NCBI GenBank assembly: GCA_977017575.1
Contig: CDRNVI010000078.1
Span: 38,586 to 102,585, forward strand
DNA length: 64,000 nt
Reading direction: 5' to 3'
From: Paramoeba atlantica
Taxonomy: Eukaryota > Protista > Discosea
The notes below the pieces were generated by a model. The model had not been told where the DNA came from. It did not search any database and saw only the letters and a list, made by a program, of their open reading frames with translations. Positions 10,745 to 21,068 of this stretch are shown piece by piece; within the stretch, counting starts at the first letter, position 1; the number at the start of each line of letters is the position of its first letter. The translations under genes and the position numbers were made by a program.

Positions 10745-13700
10745 TTACTCTTCTTTAGAATGTAACGGAACTCCACTCAATTTCCTACGTGTCACACCTT
10801 GAGGTACCGAGAAGTCTGCCTCAGCGGAATTCGCCGCCGGGTGAACGACTAACCGCTTCGGGGAGGATCCACTTTCCATCTCCTCACTGTTCTTCCCCTC
10901 CTCTCCCCACTGCTGTGTCTCGGCATTCGACTCCACTGGACCAAGAAACGGGTCCTCCTCCTCCTCCTCCTTCCCCCTCAACTGCATCGACGACCCTTCC
11001 CCAGGACCTGACGTTGTCTCCCACCCCTCTTCCCACAGCGAGGTCCCGCCGGACTCCTCCGGCTCCCTGGATGATCCGAGGGCACTGCATGTGCTGGTCT
11101 CATCCCACTCACTCCCGTCTGCTGTTGCTGTGTGATTCTGCTGCTCTCGAAGTATGGGCTCCTCCTCGTACGACCCGACACGGAATCGGGAGGGGGTGAG
11201 ATGAATCGGCTGGGGTGGGGGCGCGGGAGGTGCGGAGAGGTGAGAGGACGAGGGCGTCGGGGAGGCATGGGAGAGCGTACGGCCGCGGAGACGAGAGCGC
11301 GACCGGGACCGACACCCGCCGGTACCGCTGCCAAACATCGACCGTTTCGCCTCCTCCTCACGCCGGGAGAGCACGGCACGGCCAAAGGCTTTGTTAAGTG
11401 CCTTAGTGTAGATTTTTGACCCTTTGCGGGATCCGGCGCAGAAGTAGACCGCGTGGGCCCCGAATGGCTGGTTGAGACGGTGAATCATAAGATCGGGGGC
11501 TCGTAAGAGGGTGTCTATGAGGGCTTTGGTGTTGTACTGTGCTATGGCTTTGGTGCAGTAAGTTTGGTTGTTCCATTGACCCTCTGGGAGTCGTTTCAGA
11601 TGGTAGTACAGGACGTGGCGAACAAAGTCGTGCGTGAGTTCATCGACGGGGATGCGTAAGGAGTAACACGGACTGCGCTGAAACTCATCAAAGAGTCGGT
11701 AGTACAAATTTGATAAGGTCTCTGTCAACTGCTCTTCCGTGGAATAGATGTACTGCTTGAAGCGAGGAAGAAGTACCCGAATACGACAACTGCCGTCAGA
11801 TTCTACGGTAAAAGGATCCACTTCGAACTGTGAGGTACCGGAACTCAAAATAAACGCCGCTGGACGAGCTCGAGCACCTTTTATGTACGATCCCTTATTC
11901 ACGATTTCTTCAACCTCAGTAGAAATCACGCTTTCAACGCGATTCGCAGTTCGTACTTCCTTGTCTTGAGCGCTATACTTGGCTGAAATAAATAATGATT
12001 GCAGCTGCTGCAGATCATTCCCGGAAGTAATGTACAAGGATGGACGCTGTAACGCCACTGACATGCGAGTTCGGGACAAAAATTGCCGCAATTGAACGTA
12101 CAAATCGTGCTGTGGAATGTAGAGTCGCAGTGCCATTTGTAATAAACTACGTCCTCCATCATACAAAAATTGAGAATGGGTAGATGAACGCTTTATTTGA
12201 AACCTGGAATCTGAGCCCACGGTTTCATTGCTTGGAATTTCCGGGCAGGATGCTGCGCTCTTGGGATCAGAAAATTCTTCCATGGCTTGCTCTTGTTGCA
12301 AAACTTCATCAATGGCTTGTAGAATGGCCGGAGCCGTGAGATGCATAATGGAGGAGGCTAAGGGGTTTTTGGCCCATTCAAGCATCTCTTCGTATAAAAA
12401 GGGCTTCATAAGAAACTCAGCTGATCGCGAATTCCACCTTTTCCAACGTTTAAAAGCCTGTGCGTAAGCTTCTTGTAATTCTTGGCGTAATGTCGTTTCC
12501 GGAGTTTCGCCACTTAAAGATGCAGTTTCAGAATTGAATAGTTGGTTCACAGTATCTTGAAGCGTGCTTTCAAGTTCATCTAGTTGTAACGCAACATAGG
12601 CGTCTTCTAGCGGACCGGCGGCATCCAGTACGCTCATACAGTCAACAGGAGAAGAACTTTTTGACGCAGTGCTAGACCCATGAGGTGATGGGCTTCGACT
12701 GTGTCCACCTTTTCGTTCTGGTGCAGCAAAGAAACGAAACGGGTTCGGGATACCCATGTCACTTCGACTTCGATCTCTGCGTGAGGATGACGACCTGCGT
12801 GAGGATGAAGATTTGCGAGGCCTACGATTTAGCCTCACGTCACTTAGAGTAGAATTCGTGTATTCAACCTCAGTGCTATCTTTATTCGACTTTCCAAACA
12901 GCCCTGCACTAGACGGTCTCGAGTTTCGGTCTGTTAAGGAAATTTCTGCGCAACGACTTGATGGCAGTGGTTCACTGTCGGCCGATTCAATATAAACAAA
13001 TTCTGGATCATTCATCAGCTTTTCTACTGTGTCTTCAAAGGACATGAGAACATCCACACGAACAGAAGAAACAGCCCCCTCCGATAGCAACTGATCGCTG
13101 TCAAGAATGCTTTGGCTTGGCGTATCTATAGGAGACAACGTTACATTCGGGGATAACACGGGAGACACAACATCACTCGATTGGTCGCCTTCCTCATTCG
13201 GTCGCTGACCCAAACACGGGTTTGTCCCTGGCTCGTAGAGCATTAGTCTCTCCGGTGGGCACACCTTGTAGAGCTCCAGAGCATAGGCGAGTACATTTTC
13301 AAGAGGTTCGTCTGTCTTACCAGAACCATATAGTTCATCAATCTCGGTAGTACCATATCGATGGGGGACAGAAAAGATGGCTTGGTACATGTGAAACGTC
13401 TCCGGCTCCTCGAGTCCCAGTTCCTCGGCCTGGCGGACTATATCGTGATATGCGCGATCCAAGTCTGCCCGGGCATGTATCAGCATGGAAGCAGAGAGGT
13501 AAACGGGCATAAAGAAAGGATCGGTAGCAAAGAAAAAGTCGTACATGCGTGCAACCACATGCAGTGGCCCTTTGGTGTACGCTGTGGTAAATAGAGTTGC
13601 TATCCACGCAAAAGCATAGTCTCCTCCAGCCTGGCTGGCGGCTTCTATGTGCCGAGCACCGACAGGGTCTTTGTACTCAACCAGAGGATGGACAAGCCGA

Positions 13701-15919
13701 AACAGGGACCTTGTTACTTTCGTCCCTGGTGTTAAATGTGGTCGAATCCAATACCTCGTTAATTGCTGCATGAGAGACACAGTTGTTTGAGTATCGCATA
13801 GAAGGTAAGGAACCATAGCCACATCGTCCAATCCCTGATAATAAGGCGCCTCCAAATCGACAGAAAGGATATGATTCATAATGTAGCTAAGTTCATTTTG
13901 CTGGTGAGGATCTGAAGAATTTCCGTAGCGACATCGATGTAAGTCTTTTTGAACCTGGTGGTAATTGGGAAGAGCATCAGGTTTATTTGCCCTACCTAGC
14001 CGCATTGCAGTATCGAGATTACCCACTAACATTTGCTCCCATGCCTTGCACCGACGTTGCGCAGCGTCCTGTAATCCAAATTCAATGGCTCGCTGTCGTG
14101 TGCTCTCTAGAGAACGGGCGGCATGAGGAGATTCCATGTGCTGTCGCTGTACGCGTTTTACCCACTGCTGCGCGTGATCTGGATTTAGAATAAGAAAAGG
14201 AGTAGAATCCACGACAAATTTTTTTTCGTCCTTTATCAACCACATAATCCCCGAGTGCGTTTCCTGGCAAGTCATTCGAAAGAAAAATAAGGAAGTAGGT
14301 AGCCTCATTGGGTCTATCACAGCGTTGTACAGCACATCCGCTTCGACCGGAGGATCCAAATGCGACATTTCAGAAACCTCTATGTTAGAAGCCAGCAAGA
14401 GAACTTGATTAGGTTCTGCGTCTTCCGGTGTACCGGCAAACAGTGCGATATCACAATGCGCTTTTAGTTTGTTGCTCGCGTGCCATGCCACATTGATGTG
14501 CCTATCGGTACTAAACACAGGAATACGTCTTTCCCGGATAGATGCCGACTCCTCCCCATCAGGGAAGCCTCCAGCAATAAGACGAGCCTCCGGAGAAACG
14601 AATCGCACGTCATATTGACTTTGTTGTCGTTGCACACGTATGTAGAACTTTTCGCTGTACGTAAACTCTGTGGTGGGTGGGGAAAAGTTGTTTTGCTGTG
14701 TGGGAGGATCGATGATGTCGACGTGGTGAAATGCTACGCGGTACCAACCCGTTCGCATGCGAGACATTGGCACAAGCAATCTCCAGTAGTGCTGAGCGTG
14801 ATCCTTAAAATACTTCGTTCTTACTGCATTCTTTCGGCTAATAGAGTAATAGCGAGCAAGAATCTCCTTAAGTGGGATCGTGTGCGATCTGTCCGCGTCC
14901 ATTGAGCGTCTCCAAGGTGTCATTTTCTGAGAATCCCCTCTTGCAGCGGAACCGAAAGACATATCTAGGCTGACCTCTGGCACAGGAGAAAATTCATCGG
15001 ACCCCGGGGCTTGATGTTGCAAGCTCAGCGCGGCCAATGGGCCGACGGATTTATCCCATGCACGGTAAAGAAATCGAACGATGACTTGTGAGTACCCACC
15101 TGGTACAATTTCAACGAGATTAGGGTGATACGTCGGTGCATACGAAGGTTCTTGAATATGCAACACTCCGCGTCGCATTAGAGTAAACGGGGTGCTGTAC
15201 CGAAGCCCCACGCTAAAGACGTAGCACCCGAATGTCAGTTTGTTAAACAAATCTTGTGAAGCAAGGTCTTTCCCCACAGGATTTGGTACAATAACGACAA
15301 TACTTTTCCCAGAGCCACTCCACGTGACGTTTGGCAACGTGACACAACTTCCTTCTTCCGTGTTCCTTAGGGCCGGATGAAACTTATTGAGATCAACTCG
15401 ACACATCTCAACCGACTCAGTATTGCGATGTAGAGCTTGGGTGGCAAAGGTTTTGTACCAAGCTTCATGATGAGGTGACCAGGGTTTCTCTTTCAACTCT
15501 ACTGCGTCTCCCATGAAGAGAATTGGGCCACGGTACGCGTCATAAGTAGGTTCCGAGATTTGTACGCCTGGAGGTAGATGTAAGGTGGTATTTGCTTTTC
15601 CATGACCCCCCACGTCCCAATGCGTGTATCTAATCCACTGTGGTGAGAGGTACTTCGGTGGGCGATACATTTCTGAGACCAACAAGCTAGGGTCGCGGTT
15701 TAGAACCTCAGCAAATGGACCTTCAAATTTCATGATAGATTCAGCTTTTGTGAGGTTGTAGGGCCCTTTCGGTGAAAAACGATTCGTCTCTTGTACCTCG
15801 CCGTCATGAGATTCTACACTTCTGTTCGCCATTGATGAATCGCGCAGAGGTGCCGATAACAGTAAGAATAATGCCACGCAACGTACAAGCTGAAACATTC
15901 CTATTTTTTCCTTTCTCAT
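10745..15919 (-). CDS. 1724-aa protein: N-terminal hydrophobic segment, unknown ~580-aa domain, Rab-GAP TBC domain (TBC1D20/Gyp8-like), long C-terminal region
   Basis: YHQVQKDLHRC and YYQGLDDVA TBC fingers, AWIATLFT..ARMYDFFFATDPFFMPVYLSA, at about 14070-13260. Confidence 0.85.
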   Translation of the reverse strand: MRKEKIGMFQLVRCVALFLLLSAPLRDSSMANRSVESHDGEVQETNRFSPKGPYNLTKAESIMKFEGPFAEVLNRDPSLLVSEMYRPPKYLSPQWIRYTHWDVGGHGKANTTLHLPPGVQISEPTYDAYRGPILFMGDAVELKEKPWSPHHEAWYKTFATQALHRNTESVEMCRVDLNKFHPALRNTEEGSCVTLPNVTWSGSGKSIVVIVPNPVGKDLASQDLFNKLTFGCYVFSVGLRYSTPFTLMRRGVLHIQEPSYAPTYHPNLVEIVPGGYSQVIVRFLYRAWDKSVGPLAALSLQHQAPGSDEFSPVPEVSLDMSFGSAARGDSQKMTPWRRSMDADRSHTIPLKEILARYYSISRKNAVRTKYFKDHAQHYWRLLVPMSRMRTGWYRVAFHHVDIIDPPTQQNNFSPPTTEFTYSEKFYIRVQRQQSQYDVRFVSPEARLIAGGFPDGEESASIRERRIPVFSTDRHINVAWHASNKLKAHCDIALFAGTPEDAEPNQVLLLASNIEVSEMSHLDPPVEADVLYNAVIDPMRLPTSLFFFRMTCQETHSGIMWLIKDEKKFVVDSTPFLILNPDHAQQWVKRVQRQHMESPHAARSLESTRQRAIEFGLQDAAQRRCKAWEQMLVGNLDTAMRLGRANKPDALPNYHQVQKDLHRCRYGNSSDPHQQNELSYIMNHILSVDLEAPYYQGLDDVAMVPYLLCDTQTTVSLMQQLTRYWIRPHLTPGTKVTRSLFRLVHPLVEYKDPVGARHIEAASQAGGDYAFAWIATLFTTAYTKGPLHVVARMYDFFFATDPFFMPVYLSASMLIHARADLDRAYHDIVRQAEELGLEEPETFHMYQAIFSVPHRYGTTEIDELYGSGKTDEPLENVLAYALELYKVCPPERLMLYEPGTNPCLGQRPNEEGDQSSDVVSPVLSPNVTLSPIDTPSQSILDSDQLLSEGAVSSVRVDVLMSFEDTVEKLMNDPEFVYIESADSEPLPSSRCAEISLTDRNSRPSSAGLFGKSNKDSTEVEYTNSTLSDVRLNRRPRKSSSSRRSSSSRRDRSRSDMGIPNPFRFFAAPERKGGHSRSPSPHGSSTASKSSSPVDCMSVLDAAGPLEDAYVALQLDELESTLQDTVNQLFNSETASLSGETPETTLRQELQEAYAQAFKRWKRWNSRSAEFLMKPFLYEEMLEWAKNPLASSIMHLTAPAILQAIDEVLQQEQAMEEFSDPKSAASCPEIPSNETVGSDSRFQIKRSSTHSQFLYDGGRSLLQMALRLYIPQHDLYVQLRQFLSRTRMSVALQRPSLYITSGNDLQQLQSLFISAKYSAQDKEVRTANRVESVISTEVEEIVNKGSYIKGARARPAAFILSSGTSQFEVDPFTVESDGSCRIRVLLPRFKQYIYSTEEQLTETLSNLYYRLFDEFQRSPCYSLRIPVDELTHDFVRHVLYYHLKRLPEGQWNNQTYCTKAIAQYNTKALIDTLLRAPDLMIHRLNQPFGAHAVYFCAGSRKGSKIYTKALNKAFGRAVLSRREEEAKRSMFGSGTGGCRSRSRSRLRGRTLSHASPTPSSSHLSAPPAPPPQPIHLTPSRFRVGSYEEEPILREQQNHTATADGSEWDETSTCSALGSSREPEESGGTSLWEEGWETTSGPGEGSSMQLRGKEEEEEDPFLGPVESNAETQQWGEEGKNSEEMESGSSPKRLVVHPAANSAEADFSVPQGVTRRKLSGVPLHSKEE

Positions 15920-16199
15920 GACAACATGACAAGTAAAATAAATTACGCGTAAAATTAGGCAGTCAAATTATTCGATGTGATTAATAGGGAAAAACGATTC
16001 TCCGCTTTATGAAATACAATACTATAAAAGAATAGTAGTTACTTCTCCATTCATAGCTCAAAGGAACTACAGGCAGTTCTCGAATGGCCCATTACTCATC
16101 ATTCAAATCTTCCCAACGAACTCTTAATTATTCCACAAAAAACGAGCGATTTTTTACTTATTTCCACCCCACTGATCGCGAAAGACAATATGGACACCG

Positions 16200-16440
16200 A
16201 AATTCGGGGCGAATCACCTTGCACACGCTCTCTGAACATTCATGAGGCTGCTGCGTTTCGGATGCAGCCTTGGCGACCATTACTGATCTAGCCCAGTCCC
16301 CTGTACCAGGCGTTCACTCCTGTCAGCGTGAGACAAGAGGCGTGTAGCTACTTGATGTTAAATTTTGATTCCAGAGTGCGACGCACTTTAGGGATTATTC
16401 GTCTCCGCCCCTGACTGCTCCAGAGGTTCTCTCAGGAGAT
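16200..16440 (-). ncRNA. Candidate structured RNA in an intergenic gap (unassigned)
   Basis: Long-range complementarity seen by eye (GGGGCG..GAAT / ATTCGCCCC, TACACGC-CTCT / GAGAGCGTGTG) and a hairpin AGGCTGC-ATCCGAAACGCA-GCAGCCT. Confidence 0.2.
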
Positions 16441-16446
16441 CGACAT

Positions 16447-16947
16447 TTACGGTTCGTCATGGGATCGAATTCTTTTTGCCTTTAAGTATACCCCAATCTC
16501 TTTGTGGTCATTCGCAAAAGCCAAATCCTCCGCAGTCTTTCCCGCCTTACTCATGTGAGACAAACACAATGGACTGTGATTGACCAGTACTCGCGTTATT
16601 TCTTCCCATCCCCCAGCCGCAGCGTAGTGCAGCGGTGTCTTCCCGGCATCATCGATGCCATCGCAGTGCGCTCCATAGCGCAGCAAAATATCTACGATTT
16701 CTTTGTGACCACGAGAGGCCGCGAAATGCAACGCGGACCATTTTTGGTTATCAAACGTTCGAGCGGAAGCCCCGTGTGAGAGAAGAAGTTCCGCCACAGC
16801 GCCCTGACCGGAGTGTGAGGCGTGGTGTAGCATTGTCATGCCATTGCGGTCACGCTCTTCGGTGGCGTTGGAGTGCTGTAGGAAAATCCGAATGCGTTCG
16901 AGGTCACCTGTGCGACACGCGTCGTACAGAGATTGTTCAGAGGACAT
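16447..16947 (-). CDS. Ankyrin-repeat protein (likely start ATG 16947; ORF open to 17028)
   Basis: Repeats GMTMLHHAS..G, KWSALHFAASRGH, GKTPLHYAAAGG, GKTAEDLA. Confidence 0.9.
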   Translation of the reverse strand: MSSEQSLYDACRTGDLERIRIFLQHSNATEERDRNGMTMLHHASHSGQGAVAELLLSHGASARTFDNQKWSALHFAASRGHKEIVDILLRYGAHCDGIDDAGKTPLHYAAAGGWEEITRVLVNHSPLCLSHMSKAGKTAEDLAFANDHKEIGVYLKAKRIRSHDEP

Positions 16948-17129
16948 AAGAAAAAAGAGCAATGATTGGGCTATAGAAAAAAAGCTTTGCGCTACAGACG
17001 TGCAGTGTACACTCTTGGACAATGACAAACTGTCACATAAGAAAATATCTTTAACAATTATTTCAAGGTTACAAGAGTTCTTTTTGATCGAAGACTTACA
17101 TCTGCCTTTGCAAAGTGTGAACTGTTGCT

Positions 17130-19037
17130 TTACCGGAATCGTTGTCTTTTGCGCTTCATGACTGGTCGATTTTTCAAGCGGGGCGACGCATTGTTGATCG
17201 CGTCAGTAAAATTTTGTGTCGTTTCTTGTATGTCCTCCGAAGGATTCGATAACTTGTGTTCATCATGCGTCAAGCATGATACAACCGACTCTCTCGCGTG
17301 GTCTACTTCAATCGATTCGACATCTTTGCGTGATACGTCCTTGGGTATGGGAATCTTTGATTCAGTGCGATATTTTTTGGACGCTTTAAAACCGCCCGCC
17401 TTCCCCAACGCGTGGGATACAAGCCGTCCAGAATGCTTGCTGCGTAGCTCACGGGTTCTTTGTCGAGAGAGATATTTGAATTTTCGTGATTCAGTTGAAG
17501 TGGCGTAGGGTGCATACCACCGCAATGGAGCTATTTCATTCAAAGTGCGATCATCAGTTGTCAAAATGTCGATGGCATCTAAAGCGATATCCTGAGAAGG
17601 TACAGTTGCGTACCGAAATTTCGTAGCGGTTTCAGTACTCAGCGGGGTCTGAAGATCACGAAGAGCTTCGCATACAGACGGATCAGACAGAAGTTGTGAT
17701 TCCACAGCGCTTTTCTTTAAGGTATGAGAATAATCTGTACTATCCGTTCCCTGTAGGGAACGTAGGTTTGAATCACGGTGCATTTGATAGTCGTTTTCAA
17801 TATTTTCGTTTTCGTCTGAGTGAAGTTCGCCGCTATCTTTTTCAGCGTAAAAGTTTTCACCAAAAAGACCACTCATCTGTTCGTCCCATTTTGAGGGATC
17901 AAAATCCCTTTTAAGAATGTCCGTAAGATTGAGCTGTTTTATGGACTCGGAACCTGCGACACGACTAATAGCTTCGATACGTTGTTTTCTCTCCTCTTGT
18001 TTCAATCTGCGTAATCTTTGAAGTGATTCACGTTTATCTTGCTCGGCCTGCTGCTGCCTTTCTTCTTTGAGTTGTCTAGAATGTTTTCGAGACGAAGACT
18101 TATTCCGCAGGCTTTGTTCCGCTGTCCGTGGGTAGACGTAAATACGGGATTGTCCTTCGATCTCGTTGACGCCGATGCCGTTTTCTTTCTTTGTGTCATC
18201 CAGTTCTTGCTGTGGATCATTCTTTTCGACTTCAGGATGTAATGAGAAGTCTTCTGACCTATTTGGTTTCTCAACGTGAGACTCTTCTTCTAAGTCTTCA
18301 TTTGTGGAAATTATTTTTCTCCATCCATCTCCACGAAAATAATCCTTCAGAAACTTGTCCTCCTCGGTATCGGCTTTATTTTTCGTTAACACTTCGTAAA
18401 ATCGCACAGACTTTGTAGGAGCTTGTATAGACTTTTCTTGTTGAGCTGGGCCTGTATTTGGTACCACCTTAATGATATCATCTTGTATTTCTTGACTATT
18501 ACTCCGCTCCTCCCTCGCAGCTAGCTCTAGAAAGCGTGCTCGAGTTTTTTCTGCATCAGGATCATACACAAGTCGTGAATTTCCTTTAAGCGTGAACTCG
18601 GTAATATGTGACTCGGAATCCGGAGCCTGATCAAAATTGTCAGAAACACGTTGCGAAAGTTGTTCCGAGATCTGTCTCTTCAGTGTAAGCGGCGTATGCT
18701 CCTGGCTGGATTTTTGAACCTCGTCGTCGCTCAGCACTGCTGTAATTTCATCGTCCCACAAGGGCTTCTTCATATTCTTCAAGGACTCTGGATTATTTCG
18801 AATTTTCCACAGAACATCTGCGAAGACATTTTCACTTTTAGTTGTACATAGGACAGCCTCGTCGTCTTCTATAACTCCCGCTTCACTGTCGGAATCTGAA
18901 TCTCCGTAAGTACGTCGTAGTCTTCGAAGTTCGTACGCCTTTCTGCGATCTTCAAATGTCTTTGCATATCCCTCATTAATTGTCAGATGTGAGCGTTCAT
19001 CCTCATCGGATTCGCTTAGTAAATCTATCTGTTGCAT
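17130..19037 (-). CDS. KRI1: Kri1-like 40S biogenesis factor
   Basis: EDKFLKDYF, RLKQEERKQRI..I..VAG, DFDPSKWDEQM..LFGENFY, FRYATVP..DI.L.A.DIL..DD..LN..APL..YAPY. Confidence 0.9.
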   Translation of the reverse strand: MQQIDLLSESDEDERSHLTINEGYAKTFEDRRKAYELRRLRRTYGDSDSDSEAGVIEDDEAVLCTTKSENVFADVLWKIRNNPESLKNMKKPLWDDEITAVLSDDEVQKSSQEHTPLTLKRQISEQLSQRVSDNFDQAPDSESHITEFTLKGNSRLVYDPDAEKTRARFLELAAREERSNSQEIQDDIIKVVPNTGPAQQEKSIQAPTKSVRFYEVLTKNKADTEEDKFLKDYFRGDGWRKIISTNEDLEEESHVEKPNRSEDFSLHPEVEKNDPQQELDDTKKENGIGVNEIEGQSRIYVYPRTAEQSLRNKSSSRKHSRQLKEERQQQAEQDKRESLQRLRRLKQEERKQRIEAISRVAGSESIKQLNLTDILKRDFDPSKWDEQMSGLFGENFYAEKDSGELHSDENENIENDYQMHRDSNLRSLQGTDSTDYSHTLKKSAVESQLLSDPSVCEALRDLQTPLSTETATKFRYATVPSQDIALDAIDILTTDDRTLNEIAPLRWYAPYATSTESRKFKYLSRQRTRELRSKHSGRLVSHALGKAGGFKASKKYRTESKIPIPKDVSRKDVESIEVDHARESVVSCLTHDEHKLSNPSEDIQETTQNFTDAINNASPRLKNRPVMKRKRQRFR

Positions 19038-19245
19038 ACAGCAGAAAAGCTGTATAATAAAGTGTGTTAAAGTTTTTCTATTTCGAAAATTTCTTTGTTG
19101 AATAATTAAACAAAAAGGCTAGAAAAATATGATATCAAATATCATATTTTACTAGGGGAAATACAATATCCGATATCCCTTTCCTGATGTACAGTAAATC
19201 ACGGCACACAATACCCCGGTGCGAGTGCACAAGAAACATAACGCC

Positions 19246-20124
19246 TCATTCGGCTTGTCGGGCGCATCTCAAGAAGTATAAATCCAACATGAGCGCCTTT
19301 TTTTTGAGAGCTTCCCTTTCCCTAACACTTGTAAGCGTATTGATCATTTGTTGAATCTCTGAGTTCAGGATGTGCAAATTTGCCTTTATAATTTCTAGAC
19401 AAGGTGTTTCTTGTTCGTTCTTGTTTCTTACTTCATTTCCCTTCAACAAATAACGTTGTATTTGAGCTCGATGCATAAAGGGAAGGTCCGATTTAGCTTC
19501 TTTCGGAACCTGTGCATACTCTGGAATAAGGGGATAACCCAAAGGGTATTCCGGCAAGATGCGCTTCTTTCTTTTCCATATCCAGTACGCGAATACGTGG
19601 GCTTTAACATCCAAGGATATATTCTCTACCTCGTCTAGCACAGTCTCATCGGGAAATGTGTCCTGCATATTTTCCCACATAAAGTCTTCTAAAAAATTCA
19701 GAAGAAGTCGAAGTTCGTTTTCTGTTATGCGTAGAGTGCATTTCCACATCTCTTCCGGAATTCCCGTTACCACTGGAACGGATGGTAAATTGATAAAGTG
19801 ACAGTGCGACGAACAAGAGGCCTCACTCTTTACACCATTTCTATTTTCCTCTGAATGAGCGAAAAGGAATTCAGCATCTTCGTGGTCAATCGTATAAGGC
19901 GCGATTTGTGCCGCTGGTGGGGCGCGAAGTGTAGTCACTGGAAGCTGAAATTTCGTTGCACATTTCTTTGGAACAGACTCTCGCTTCGAGTACCGAGGCA
20001 ATAAGATGGGGGGCAATACCTCGGGTTTGGGTGGGTGGGGTAATGGAACCCTTGTAACACAGAGAGGATCGTCGAACGAGAATTTTAGGTCCAAACTTTG
20101 CATGAGTGCCTCGCGTGTGTACAA
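19246..20124 (-). CDS. EPL1: Enhancer of polycomb-like (EPL1/EPC N-terminal domain) protein
   Basis: YTIDHEDAEFL, LLNFLE, VFAYWIWKRKKR..PLIP, LPFMHR and a C-terminal REREALKK helix. Confidence 0.7.
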   Translation of the reverse strand: MYTREALMQSLDLKFSFDDPLCVTRVPLPHPPKPEVLPPILLPRYSKRESVPKKCATKFQLPVTTLRAPPAAQIAPYTIDHEDAEFLFAHSEENRNGVKSEASCSSHCHFINLPSVPVVTGIPEEMWKCTLRITENELRLLLNFLEDFMWENMQDTFPDETVLDEVENISLDVKAHVFAYWIWKRKKRILPEYPLGYPLIPEYAQVPKEAKSDLPFMHRAQIQRYLLKGNEVRNKNEQETPCLEIIKANLHILNSEIQQMINTLTSVREREALKKKALMLDLYFLRCARQAE

Positions 20125-20237
20125 CAGACGCGGATTTAGTAGCGTAACATTGAGTAGAAGTCACAACATCACTAAGAATAAAAGAGGGGTTTTACACGTC
20201 GCGCCGTGTATGAATAAAAATTTGTGTACCCAAAATA

Positions 20238-20959
20238 CTGTCCCCCCCTACTTAAGAGTCCGCCGATTTTGGGCATTTGGACTCTTAAGTGGGGGGGATC
20301 ACAATTTTTCGGACTCTTAAGTAGGGGGTCAGCATTTTTTCATAAAATTTCTATATAGCCGGTTCCTTTTTTGTTTATATTTTCTTACTCTATTTTTTTT
20401 CTCTATTTTGGTCTAATGAAGATCGGCGTCTGTACCCCACGTGCTGTTCAAAAAAACTGTCATAAATATTCAAAATATGACCTTTGATATGCAGGAGAAT
20501 ATAATGATATTCGTAATGCAATACCGCGCACACTTGGGATAGAAGAGAACGAGGTTGGCTACGGAATGGGGTAACGGAAGGTTACCTTGGTTAGGTGGGG
20601 AGATAGATGAAGGGGGTTGGTCGGCAGATTTGCCGTTCTCGTGTGAGGAGGGTGATCGGAGGGGAGGAGAACTTCGATCAGTTCGAGAGAGTTGAAGGGG
20701 GTTGAGGAGGCTGGTTGTGTCCCATGCCTTCCCGTAGTCTACTCCTTCCTCGGAGTACTATCAAGTATAAATAGCTTGGAAATATTAAAAACGCAACTAA
20801 ACGCAATGGGCAGACAACATAAAAAAATCATAGAAAATAGAAAAAAATCAAAAAAAAAAATCTGGCGGCGCTTCGCGCCGCAGGCAGCCCGAGGCTCCGT
20901 CAAAAAGGACTCTTAAGTAGGGGGGTACCCCGCGGACTCTTAAGTAGGGGGGGGGACAA
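20238..20959. mobile_element. MITE-like element, ~720 bp, ~26-bp TIRs, TA target duplication, internal subterminal repeats
   Basis: TA|CTGTCCCCCCCTACTTAAGAGTCCGC ... GCGGACTCTTAAGTAGGGGGGGGGACAA|TA; GGACTCTTAAGT(A/G)GGGG also at 20279, 20311 and 20907. Confidence 0.8.
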
Positions 20960-21068
20960 TACCTGTCAACACATTTTTTCCCTCCACCACATGACGACCA
21001 TCAACCCTATGTACACTGTACCACCCCTCCTTACTTGTACTGCCCACCCCCACCCCTCTATCCCCACC

